DNA from: Candidatus Undinarchaeales archaeon
Lineage (GTDB): Archaea > SpSt-1190 > JASMDC01
DNA length: 64,000 bases
NCBI GenBank assembly: GCA_030753015.1
Contig: JASMDC010000001.1
Span: forward strand, 32,001-96,000
Reading direction: 5' to 3'
This document shows, one piece after another, positions 30,719 through 39,650 of this stretch. Below the pieces are notes generated by a model that was not told the origin of the DNA, made no database searches, and saw only the letters and a program-made list of their open reading frames with translations. Both the position numbers and the translations under genes were made by a program. How positions within the stretch are numbered: the stretch's first letter is position 1; each line of letters begins with the position of its first letter.

Positions 30719-30900
30719 TGTCGGCTAGCAGGGGGTTATGCGGCGTCGCTTTTTCCTCCAGATGACAGTAAGGGGCACATATCAGTTGTCGCCCCTCCCG
30801 CCTTAGATAACGTCCATTTGTGAGTCCGAATTGCCCCGATCACCCCACGTCACAATAATGCAGGTTATACGGCGTCGTTTCGGGCGTTCAGGTTGTTGAT
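30719..30900. repeat. Degenerate/composite attC-like region 3
   Basis: TGTCGGCTAGC(30719-29); GGTTATRCGGCGTCG twice (30734, 30863); inverted copies of site 1 ends at 30806-16 and 30820-29. Confidence 0.45.
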
Positions 30901-31397
30901 TGATCCTAAATGATATCGTATGCAGTTAAAATTCTACAAGACCGCCAATAACTGTTTACTCTATCATAATGAAACACAAGCTCGTATCCACGGTAACTAT
31001 TATCGATTGCTCCATTATCAAGACCGCCCTCTCCGCAATCGAGCTCAACGCTATCTGGCGCCATGACCTGACCGTGGGGGAGGCGGTCAATACGCTGCGT
31101 CCGGAAAAAAGGGCCGCATGAGGGGATCCAATGACCGCTATGTGTGCAGGCCACACCATCCATTAATAGAACGTGTTCGAGCGAGAAATCCCCTGTGTTT
31201 CGACCGTGAGATGAATCGCGTACCACCGACGGTGGGCGAACATGCATACAATAAACAGGCAGCCCCAATAAAAGTGGAAAAATAGTATTATTCTCGGATT
31301 CATATTTCAGTAAAAAATAGAATACTGGCACGCCGCCCCCCTTATGTATATAATGATGAATGACCTACTAATTATTAGGGGTGGATGTCAAGAATAC

Positions 31398-31853
31398 TCA
31401 CAAGGCCGGATTGTTGTTGTCCTTCGAGATGGAGAGCGCGGTCTCCAGCACGGTCAGGTAGCCACGCCTGGACGCCTCGGGCCGCTGCGGATCGGCAAAG
31501 GCCTCCTTGACCTCGGGAAGCCCGTACCCTGCGACGGCGATCTCGGTGACCAGCTCGATAAGGCCGTCCTCGCACCCGACGTAGTTTAGCGCCACGCCAC
31601 GCTCGACAACGCTGCCGTGCTCGCTCTCCGTGAGGCGCTCGTAGGGCTCCACACGATAGGTGGCGAAGGGCTCCGGGTGGTGCTGGCCAACGGTCTGGGC
31701 TATCAGGACGAGGTCCATGGGGAAGTTTCCGGAGCGCTCGGGCCGCTGATAGGGGGGCGGATCGTCTACACCGGACATCTCCACCTCCTGGACGTACATG
31801 AGGTGGGCGACCGCCCCATTGTCCTGGTTTTCATACGAGTTTTCGATCATCAT
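31398..31853 (-). CDS. Hypothetical acidic protein
   Basis: 151-aa ORF with host-like codon usage and an AACACTTAAATA promoter-like motif upstream. Confidence 0.6.
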   Translation of the reverse strand: MMIENSYENQDNGAVAHLMYVQEVEMSGVDDPPPYQRPERSGNFPMDLVLIAQTVGQHHPEPFATYRVEPYERLTESEHGSVVERGVALNYVGCEDGLIELVTEIAVAGYGLPEVKEAFADPQRPEASRRGYLTVLETALSISKDNNNPAL

Positions 31854-31980
31854 AGGGCCTCCTGATACCGCCCAGTATTTAAGTGTTACTAATGGGTATG
31901 GTAAGAATAAGGTCTGTGAAGGGCTATTCCGCGGTCCTAACTAATAACAGATATTATTCGGCAGGGCCGCCGTACAGCGT

Positions 31981-32745
31981 TCACGCTGCCTTGGAGAGAG
32001 TACGGAGCTTGTGGAACGGACCGTCGTACCGCTTCTGGACCTCGGGTGAGACCAGCACCTCGCGCTTCCCGAACGAGAACGACTCCTCGCCCTTGAGCTG
32101 GGGATTTCCCTCCCAGTGGTCCCTTACGGCGTTCACGTAGTCGACTATCTCTGGTTCGTCCTTGTCCATCCACTTGCTGGCGACGTCTGCGAGCTTGATG
32201 TACCGCTGGTGACGGTTCCGTCGGTGGCCGGAGGCGAACGTGTAGTTCGGGTGGCCGCTCTCGAGGTAGTCGCGGAAGAAGTTGCAGGCGTACACGTCGA
32301 CGCGTTCACCATCGGCCAGATCCTCGATGGCCTGTCGGGTCATGGTGCCGACGAAGAAGTCCTCGGTGGGCTCCCACGAGTCGATGATCATGTCGATCTG
32401 GCGGAGAGAGCCGTCCTCCAGCTTCCGCTTGAACGCATCCTGATCCCCGTAGAGGTAGGGTCTGATGTCCTCACCCTTCTCGAACGATGCGACGGCCACA
32501 CGTACGAACCAATCGTCGCCCATCTTGACCTTGTAGGCGTCGTCCACGCAGATGTACATGTCGCGGCGGCCCTCATCATAGGGCTGCTTGATGAGGCGCT
32601 CGATCCAGGCCGGATCGGTCTCGTCGGGGTGAGCTGTTCCGAGGACCTGGGGGAGCACGGGCTCTAGGTAAGCTGATCCCGTGTCCGTCGTGGCGCTCTC
32701 GGCCCCGTCGAGGAGGTAGGTCATCTCGGATGTACCCGTCCGCAC
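31981..32745 (-). CDS. Hypothetical protein, paralog of 32820..33587
   Basis: Shared blocks YICVDDAYKV, RQIDMIIDSW, VDVYACNFF, FASGHRRN, LADVA. Confidence 0.75.
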   Translation of the reverse strand: MRTGTSEMTYLLDGAESATTDTGSAYLEPVLPQVLGTAHPDETDPAWIERLIKQPYDEGRRDMYICVDDAYKVKMGDDWFVRVAVASFEKGEDIRPYLYGDQDAFKRKLEDGSLRQIDMIIDSWEPTEDFFVGTMTRQAIEDLADGERVDVYACNFFRDYLESGHPNYTFASGHRRNRHQRYIKLADVASKWMDKDEPEIVDYVNAVRDHWEGNPQLKGEESFSFGKREVLVSPEVQKRYDGPFHKLRTLSKAA

Positions 32746-32819
32746 CGGGAGGTCCCGGATGCAGCGGACGGTGATAGCGCTGCCTATTAAGTGTTGGTTT
32801 TGGGGGACCGGAGGCCCGC

Positions 32820-33587
32820 CTAGGCCGCACGAGCGTGGGCCGGCTCCTCGTTGAGGGAGCGGTAGTGCTTGCGCACCTCATCGGAGACGTGGACGGTGCG
32901 TCCGTGGAGGTCGAAGGTCTCCTGGCCACGAACGCCGGGATTGTCCTGCCAGAACCTGTCCACGTCCTTGACGAACTCGCCCAGGGTTGGCTCGCCGTCG
33001 TCCCTCCACTTCGTGGCCACGTCGGCGGTCTTGACGTATCGCCTGTACTGGTTGCGCCGGTGGCCCGATGCGAACACGATGTCGTCGTGCTGCCCGCCGA
33101 TGTAGGGCTTGAAGAAATTGCATGCGTAGATGTCCACGGCATCGCCGTGCGCCATCTCCGCGATGGCCTTGTTGGTGACGTCGGCGACGAAGTCGTCCTC
33201 GTAGGGCCTCCACGAGTCCATGACGATGTCGATCTGCCTGAACTTGCCCTCCTTCATCTTCTGTCGGAAGGCGTCTCGGTCGCCCTGGAGATAGGGTGTC
33301 ATGTCCTCGCCCTTCTCGAACTCCACGAGGGCGATGCGCAGGTACTTCTCACGGCCGATGTTGACCTTGTAGGCATCATCGATGCAGATGTACCGATCGT
33401 TGTGCCCTACATCGAATGGAGCGGCGAGGACCTCATCTACCTCGGCCGGATCGTCCTCCCACCACGACTCCTTGTAGATGGCGCGGTCGATGTCCCAATC
33501 GACGTAGCCCGGGCCCTTCTCTTGCTCATCATGCTCCGGCCCATTGAACGAATAGCTCAGTTCCGTTGTTCCCACGTCCCCTTTCAA
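32820..33587 (-). CDS. Hypothetical protein, paralog of 31981..32745
   Basis: Shared blocks YICIDDAYKV, RQIDIVMDSW, VDIYACNFF, FASGHRRN, TADVA. Confidence 0.75.
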   Translation of the reverse strand: MKGDVGTTELSYSFNGPEHDEQEKGPGYVDWDIDRAIYKESWWEDDPAEVDEVLAAPFDVGHNDRYICIDDAYKVNIGREKYLRIALVEFEKGEDMTPYLQGDRDAFRQKMKEGKFRQIDIVMDSWRPYEDDFVADVTNKAIAEMAHGDAVDIYACNFFKPYIGGQHDDIVFASGHRRNQYRRYVKTADVATKWRDDGEPTLGEFVKDVDRFWQDNPGVRGQETFDLHGRTVHVSDEVRKHYRSLNEEPAHARAA

Positions 33588-33814
33588 TTGTCCCCTTATG
33601 CAGAATAGAGCATGTTATGTCGTTAATAAATGTTGTCCTCAGCCGTCCGCCCGGCGCTCTCCAGGGCTCGTATTCATCGACAGTTCGTCGGGACTTGGGG
33701 GCCACTCTCGCATCTGATCACTCGATGACAACTATTGTCACTACCCTGAAAAGGTAACGTATATAAGGCGGCTATGGTGCATCTTTTCCTGCGAGCGGGA
33801 CGGACGGTTCTACC

Positions 33815-35620
33815 ATGGCGAAAGTGACCTCTAAAGGTGCTGCGGGCGTCGTAACCGGGTCCGAACATTACCTCGAGGTGGGTGAGGGCGATGACAAGAT
33901 CGAACTGCTCATCGATGCGGGGATGTTCCAGGGCAAGGGTGTCGACAAGATCGATCCGACCAAGAACTGGTTCGAGTCCCAGCTAGAGGGTCCGGACGGC
34001 CACTGGAACGAGACCAACCGCGTGCCCAACGGCGTACCCTACAAGGAGTTGGACGCCGTACTGCTCACTCACGCCCACTTCGACCATAGTGGTAAGTTGG
34101 GCTACCTCGTGCATGAAGGCTTCGAAGGCGAGGTCGTCGGCACGCCTGCGAGCCTGGCACTGGCCAAGGAGATCAACACCGATTCTGCCCGGATCCAGGA
34201 GCAGGAGTGCGAACGGGTGAACGAACTGAGGCCCATCAAGCAGAAGGGCTGGACCAAGGAGCCCATGTACGACGAGCAGGACATCGACACCTTGGCCGGG
34301 CAGTTCCATCCCGTGGACCGCGGCGAGGTCTACACCCTCGAGAAGGGGGACAACCGCGTCACAGCCGTGTTCCAGAACGCCGGCCATATCGGCGGCTCGT
34401 CATCGGTCCAGCTGTTCATCGAGGAGGGCGAGAAGCTCACCTACATGTACGCCACCGGCGACCTGGGGAAGGGGGGCCACCCCATTCTAAAGGACCCGGA
34501 GTACCTACCCCTGCGGCCCGAGGACGTCGGGATCCACAAGGATGTTACCGAGAACATCATGCTTATCGAGTCGACATACGGCGCCCGCGAGCACCAGGAC
34601 AAGTCGGACACGTCCAAGCTCGCAGACGTCATCAACTCCGCCTACCAGCATGCCCAGGACACCAGCGGACGCAGGTCCGTCCTCAAGGCTCATCAGAAGC
34701 ACGTCGACGCACGCCTTGCCGAGATGGAGGAGAAGCTCCGCCATGCTCACGGAGGTCGGGAGCGGCGGGCGATCATAAAGGAATACGGTCCGCAGGCGCT
34801 CGAGGACCAGCAGGAGGTCAGCAAGGACCTTCTCTCGGGACGCGGCGACTACCCTCTTGGGAACGAGAAGGGTCACGTGCTCGTCCCGGTGTTCTCCGTG
34901 GACCGGCTCCAGGAGGTCGCCTGGGACATCATCCGTCTCCAGAAGGATGGCAAGATCCCCAAGGACGTCTCGCTCGTCATCGACTCGTCTCTTGGCGAGG
35001 CGGCCACCGAGATCTACAGCAAGCACAGCGAGGAGTACAACGACCGGACGAACGCGGACCTCAAACGCTTTGGAATGAAGCATATCTTCGACTCGCCCAA
35101 TGTCTATCTGGCGCGCGACATCGACGACAGGAACGGTCCCCCCCGGAACGATGTGAAGATAATCCTTGCAGCGTCGGGCATGATCACGGGGGGGAAGTCC
35201 CCCTTCTATGCATCACGGGTGCTCATGGATCCGGCGGCCACAGTCATAACCGTCGGTTACCAGGGCCACGGCACCCCCGGGCGCTCCCTCCTTGACGAGG
35301 AGGACACGGTCTCGCTCAGGTTCAACAAGCCCACGGGCAACGGCCAGGACATGCAGTACATCAGGGGCACCTACCCCGTCCACAGCGACACGGCCACCCT
35401 CACAGGTCTCTACAGTGGTCATGCGGACATGTCCGACCTGGACGAGCGCGTGGACACGTACGCGGACTTCGTTTCACAGACGTACGGGCAGACCCCCAAC
35501 GTCCACCTCGTGCACGGTGATCCTGACCAGCTCGAGGCGTTCCACGACCGGCTGGCCGCGAACTACGGCGACACCGTGGACGTGGCAATCCAGGAGCGGG
35601 ACGTCAGCTACGAGATCTAG
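33815..35620 (+). CDS. MBL-fold beta-CASP ribonuclease
   Basis: LIDAGMFQG, THAHFDHSG, AGHIGGS, TGDLG, ESTYG, SGMITGG, SGHAD, VHGD. Confidence 0.9.
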   Translation: MAKVTSKGAAGVVTGSEHYLEVGEGDDKIELLIDAGMFQGKGVDKIDPTKNWFESQLEGPDGHWNETNRVPNGVPYKELDAVLLTHAHFDHSGKLGYLVHEGFEGEVVGTPASLALAKEINTDSARIQEQECERVNELRPIKQKGWTKEPMYDEQDIDTLAGQFHPVDRGEVYTLEKGDNRVTAVFQNAGHIGGSSSVQLFIEEGEKLTYMYATGDLGKGGHPILKDPEYLPLRPEDVGIHKDVTENIMLIESTYGAREHQDKSDTSKLADVINSAYQHAQDTSGRRSVLKAHQKHVDARLAEMEEKLRHAHGGRERRAIIKEYGPQALEDQQEVSKDLLSGRGDYPLGNEKGHVLVPVFSVDRLQEVAWDIIRLQKDGKIPKDVSLVIDSSLGEAATEIYSKHSEEYNDRTNADLKRFGMKHIFDSPNVYLARDIDDRNGPPRNDVKIILAASGMITGGKSPFYASRVLMDPAATVITVGYQGHGTPGRSLLDEEDTVSLRFNKPTGNGQDMQYIRGTYPVHSDTATLTGLYSGHADMSDLDERVDTYADFVSQTYGQTPNVHLVHGDPDQLEAFHDRLAANYGDTVDVAIQERDVSYEI

Positions 35621-35643
35621 GTTTTGCGGGTGTACCGGGCCGC

Positions 35644-35835
35644 TCATTCAACGGAGATAGCGGAAGCTGGACACTGGTCTGCTGCGTCCTCGACACATGG
35701 CAGTGACGTGTCGGCTCCCTCGATGACCTGGGATTTCCCGTCATCACCGAGCTCGAAGACCTCGTCGCACACACTGGTGCAGAGCCCACAGCCTATGCAG
35801 ACGTCCTTGTCGACCGAGACGGACAGAGGGTTCAC
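35644..35835 (-). CDS. Monocluster ferredoxin
   Basis: CIGCGLC...CPASAI. Confidence 0.9.
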   Translation of the reverse strand: MNPLSVSVDKDVCIGCGLCTSVCDEVFELGDDGKSQVIEGADTSLPCVEDAADQCPASAISVE

Positions 35836-36194
35836 CCGAACAGCTTGTCCAGCTTAGCCTCCATCGAGGCCTGGGGGAGCGATCCCACGATGCTGTTGAC
35901 GAACTCGCCGTCCTTGAACACCAGGAACGCGGGGATGGCCATGATGGCGTACTTGGTCGGTACCGCGCTGTTCTTGTCCACGTTGAGCTTGGCGAAGGCG
36001 ATGCTGCCCTTGTGGTCCTCGGCCATCTTATCGATCACGGGGCCCATCATCTTGCAGGGTCCGCACCACTCTGCCCAACAGTCGATGACGACCTTGCCGT
36101 ACGTAGTGATGAACGCGTCGAAGTTATCGTCGGTGAGGTCGGGCACATCCACAGGCCATGCACTCTCCTGCACTGACTCCTCGTCATCTCCCAT
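35832..36194 (-). CDS. trxA: Thioredoxin
   Basis: WAEWCGPCK, KLNVD, IMAIP. Confidence 0.92.
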   Translation of the reverse strand: MGDDEESVQESAWPVDVPDLTDDNFDAFITTYGKVVIDCWAEWCGPCKMMGPVIDKMAEDHKGSIAFAKLNVDKNSAVPTKYAIMAIPAFLVFKDGEFVNSIVGSLPQASMEAKLDKLFG

Positions 36195-36425
36195 GGGCTC
36201 CCATGAACGGGCCACATTTTAAGTTGCTTTACATTTCAGAGGGACGCCAGGCCGTAGTGGAGGCGGTCGTGCCACTCCGCCACCTTCCCGTTGTTCCAGT
36301 TCTGGGTCACGAGCTGCCCGCGTTCGAACACGCTGACGGGAATGATATGGGCGATCATCCCCAAAACAAGTTGGAGGGTCTTCTCGCCCGAAATATTATA
36401 AGTCTGAACGCCCGACCGGTCCTCT

Positions 36426-37103
36426 ATGATCCCTGCCCAGTTGCTCGAGCTCCTGGTCATCATCAATCCTCTGGACAAGTTCTTTGTCATGCTGTTCCTG
36501 GGGAAGGACCTGTCCAAGAAGGACATGGGGCGTCTGCTGCACATAACTGCGATCTCATGTGTGCTCATCTCGCTCTTCTTCATCGTCACGGGCCCACTCC
36601 TCCTCGAGCTCTTCCACGTGAAGCTCCCAACCCTTCGGACCGTCGGCGGTATCCTTGTGTTCTACCTGGGCTTCAACGTGGCAACCAAGGGATCCAAGCG
36701 CGTCCTGGACACGAAGGCCGAGGGAGTGGAGACACTATCGACCATGCTGGCATTCCCCCTCTCCACGGGTCCCGGGTTCATCACCGTGCTCCTCACACTG
36801 GTGGCAGATCCCGCCATCGGTCGCAGCACGGTCCTAGGTTACACGCTCGCTGCACTGGCCGTGCTCTTCGTCGTGATGTACGTTGCTACACGGATCGCCC
36901 AAGGGGGCGGCCACAAGAAGGACCGCAAGGGCGGGTTCGTCATCAGCTTTCCCCTCGGGAGTGACAAGGCCTACACTGAGGTGACCTTCGACCTCCATAA
37001 GCTGGAGTTCATTTCCCGGTTCGTCGCTGTGCTCATCTGCTGCATCGGGCTCCAGATGACCCTGGGAGGGCTCCAGGAGCTCGTCCCCGGGCTGTTCAAT
37101 TAA
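36426..37103 (+). CDS. MarC family membrane protein
   Basis: IINPL, LRTVGGIL, LAFPLSTGPG, ISRFVAVLI..IGLQM. Confidence 0.85.
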   Translation: MIPAQLLELLVIINPLDKFFVMLFLGKDLSKKDMGRLLHITAISCVLISLFFIVTGPLLLELFHVKLPTLRTVGGILVFYLGFNVATKGSKRVLDTKAEGVETLSTMLAFPLSTGPGFITVLLTLVADPAIGRSTVLGYTLAALAVLFVVMYVATRIAQGGGHKKDRKGGFVISFPLGSDKAYTEVTFDLHKLEFISRFVAVLICCIGLQMTLGGLQELVPGLFN

Positions 37104-37112
37104 GGTGCGATC

Positions 37113-38117
37113 ATGGTGGATGATGACGGTACGGTCGCGTCTGGGGACAAGATGGTCGAGAAGGAGGCCCCCCACACCCTCCGCGAGCGGCTATACAACA
37201 TCATCTTTGAAACGGACACCCGGGCCGGTCAGGTGTTCGACCTCCTGATCATCGCCCTCATCGCCGTGTCCATCTTCTCCATCATCCTCGAAAGCTACGC
37301 CAACATCCATGAGCGATACGAGTGGTACTTCTCCAACTCGGAGATAATCATCGTTGCCATCTTCACCGTGGAGTACCTGCTCAGGTTGTGGCTGTGCGAC
37401 CTCCATGTGAGCAAAGGGACCGAGGTGCGGACCCTGCTGTTCGTGCTCAAGGAGAAGGTTTCCTACATACTCCGCCCCATGCCGCTGATCGACCTGCTGG
37501 CCATCGCCCCATTCTATCTCTATCGGTTGTTCTCGGGGACGGTGATGATCGATCTCCGGCCCATTCGGGTGTTGCGTATGTTCCGGGTGTTTAGGGTGTT
37601 CAAGCTCGCCCGTTACTCCCTGGCCCTGGAGTCACTGGGGATGGTGTTCTTCAAGCGCTACCGGGTGTTCCAGCTGCTGGGATTCCTGGTGTTCGTGGTG
37701 CTCCTGGCATCCTCCTCTATCCTCTACTCGGTGGAGGAGAAGTCGGCGACCTTCGAGAACATCCCCTCTGCCTTTCTCTGGTCCATCTACACCGTCGCCC
37801 AGGTTGGGACAACGACCCAGCCGGCTACATCGATAGGGCAGTTGATCGCCGGTTTCATGGTGATATTCCTGCGCATCGGCATCGTGTGCGTGTTCGGTGG
37901 CGTGTTCGGCGCAATCTTCATCGAACAGATGGTGCACAAGCGCGCCCAGCGATGTACCAATAAAATATGCGGGTACGACCGGATCGACATAACCGCTGAC
38001 TACTGCCCTGTATGCGGTCACCATATCGCCGTCAAACCAAACTGCTGCGAGGACAATCCCCACTGGGCGAAGTTCTGCCGGTTCTGTGGGAAGCGGCTTA
38101 AGCGAAGTAAAGAGTAG
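37113..38117 (+). CDS. Voltage-gated ion channel (6TM Kv-like) with C-terminal double zinc ribbon
   Basis: IFTVEYLLRLW, IDLLAIAP, S4 RPIRVLRMFRVFRVFKLARY, pore helix NIPSAFLW; C-terminal CPVCG and CRFCG. Confidence 0.85.
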   Translation: MVDDDGTVASGDKMVEKEAPHTLRERLYNIIFETDTRAGQVFDLLIIALIAVSIFSIILESYANIHERYEWYFSNSEIIIVAIFTVEYLLRLWLCDLHVSKGTEVRTLLFVLKEKVSYILRPMPLIDLLAIAPFYLYRLFSGTVMIDLRPIRVLRMFRVFRVFKLARYSLALESLGMVFFKRYRVFQLLGFLVFVVLLASSSILYSVEEKSATFENIPSAFLWSIYTVAQVGTTTQPATSIGQLIAGFMVIFLRIGIVCVFGGVFGAIFIEQMVHKRAQRCTNKICGYDRIDITADYCPVCGHHIAVKPNCCEDNPHWAKFCRFCGKRLKRSKE

Positions 38118-38175
38118 CCACGTCAATCGAACGTTAAAAAAACGTTAAACGCAATCACTTACAACGGGTTTGAGG

Positions 38176-39650
38176 CAGAAAGCTCACCTCATTCATGGGT
38201 GGGATGAATGCCGTGTTTCCCCGAGGGAAACCAAACCCGAAAGGGAATTGATCCATACGATTACTGGCACGCCACCCCCCCTAAGTATATGTTGAATCGC
38301 GATCTACTATTATATGGGGAGGTGCGCTGTGAAGCAGGACGCCGATGATCTGAGTCATGTAAGGACGTCACAGTTATCTTGCCATAGCGCTCGGACGACC
38401 CTGCGGACGTTCAAGTACCGTATCTATCCATCCCGGAAGCAGATAATCAGGCTCGACTATCAGTTCTTGCTCTGCCGCGAGATGTACAACACTCTCCTGA
38501 GAAGGTGTCGGAAGGAGTACAGGACGAGTGGCACCTCTTTCAACCGGAAGGCCGAGCTCTGCCGGATCATCAAGGGGATCAAGGACGAGGATTCGAGATT
38601 CAATGCTGTGTTCTCCCAATCGCTCCAGAACGTCGCCGACAGGCTCGCCAAGGCATACCAGCACTTCTTCCGGAGAGTGAAGGAGAGGAAGGTGGGCAAA
38701 CGGGTGAAGGCTGGGTACCCTCGGGCTAAGAAGCGCGTCACGAGCATCACCTACCCCCAGTTCGGGTTCCGGTTCAAGAGCGAGGACAGGCTCCAGGCCT
38801 CCAAGATCGGCAGCATCCCCATCGTACTCCATCGCGTTCCCCGGGGGAGGATCAAGACGCTCACCATCAAGCGGAACCGGGCAGGCCAGTGGTTCGCGTG
38901 CTTCGCGTGCGAGGTCAATGAGGCGGAGGGTACTCCGGCCGATGGCGAGGTCGGCATCGACGTGGGCATCGAGCACTTCGCCACGCTGTCCGACGGCACC
39001 GTCATCGAGAACCCGCGACATCTGCTCAAGAGCGAGAAACGATTGAAGCGGCTCCAGCGCAGAATGTCCAGGAAGAAGAAGGGTTCCCGGAACCGGAGGA
39101 AGGCCGTTCGTCGGCTCGCAAGACATCACGTCCATGTCGCCGACCAGAGGCGTGAATTTCTTCATCGGACAAGTCGTGCGCTCGTCGACCGGTACGGTCT
39201 CGTCGCCGTCGAGAAGCTCAACGAATCCAACATGCTCAAGAACCATTGTCTCGCCAAGCACATCCAGGACGCATCGTGGGACACCTTCATCGGTATGCTC
39301 CGCTACAAGGCTGTAGCGGCCGGGGCGGAGCTGGTCGAGGTGGACCCGAGGAACACATCACAGATGTGCAACCAGTGCGGGAACATCGTTCTCAAGGCGC
39401 TGAGCGTTCGTGTTCATCGTTGCCCGCACTGTGGGTTCGAGGCGCATAGGGACGTGAACGTCGCTCTGAACATACTCGCAAGAGCTAGGGTCGGACAGAC
39501 CCGAAGTCACGCCTGTGGAGATCTCGCCTCTACTCCCGTCACGGAGGCGGGGGCAAGTGGGGTCATTGAATCAGGAACTATACGCGGTCGTCCGCACGCT
39601 CGTGTGGCCACCGCTGGAAGACCGGGGCTTTAGCCTCGGGAGGATGTCAC
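38176..39650 (+). mobile_element. IS200/IS605-family element, tnpB only (IS1341-like); left boundary approximate
   Basis: Left-end hairpin CTCACC..GGTGGG followed by ATGAA (38183-38208); right end GGAAGACCGGGGCTTTAGCCTCGGGAGGATGTCAC (39616-39650); no tnpA. Confidence 0.8.
38314..39633 (+). CDS. tnpB: RNA-guided endonuclease TnpB
   Basis: FKYRIYP HTH, RuvC GIDVG / AVEKL / RDVN, zinc finger CNQC..CPHC; start codon uncertain. Confidence 0.95.
   Translation: MGRCAVKQDADDLSHVRTSQLSCHSARTTLRTFKYRIYPSRKQIIRLDYQFLLCREMYNTLLRRCRKEYRTSGTSFNRKAELCRIIKGIKDEDSRFNAVFSQSLQNVADRLAKAYQHFFRRVKERKVGKRVKAGYPRAKKRVTSITYPQFGFRFKSEDRLQASKIGSIPIVLHRVPRGRIKTLTIKRNRAGQWFACFACEVNEAEGTPADGEVGIDVGIEHFATLSDGTVIENPRHLLKSEKRLKRLQRRMSRKKKGSRNRRKAVRRLARHHVHVADQRREFLHRTSRALVDRYGLVAVEKLNESNMLKNHCLAKHIQDASWDTFIGMLRYKAVAAGAELVEVDPRNTSQMCNQCGNIVLKALSVRVHRCPHCGFEAHRDVNVALNILARARVGQTRSHACGDLASTPVTEAGASGVIESGTIRGRPHARVATAGRPGL

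Larger units (their letters stand above)
26709..30900 (+). mobile_element. Integron-like gene-cassette array lacking an integrase in this window (CALIN-like)
   Basis: Three consecutive segments each start with a GTT core complementary to their own terminal core, separated by hairpin sites; AT-richer than the flanks. Confidence 0.6.

Noticed and set aside
30906-31331. ORFs in the right part of the island (141-aa minus-strand ORF and a 50-aa plus-strand ORF ending KRAA)
   Set aside because: No recognisable motifs or codon bias; possibly a remnant, but it cannot be supported.
26310-31350. CRISPR array or prophage in the AT-rich island
   Set aside because: There are no regularly spaced identical repeats, cas genes or viral genes; the repeats fit cassette termini better.
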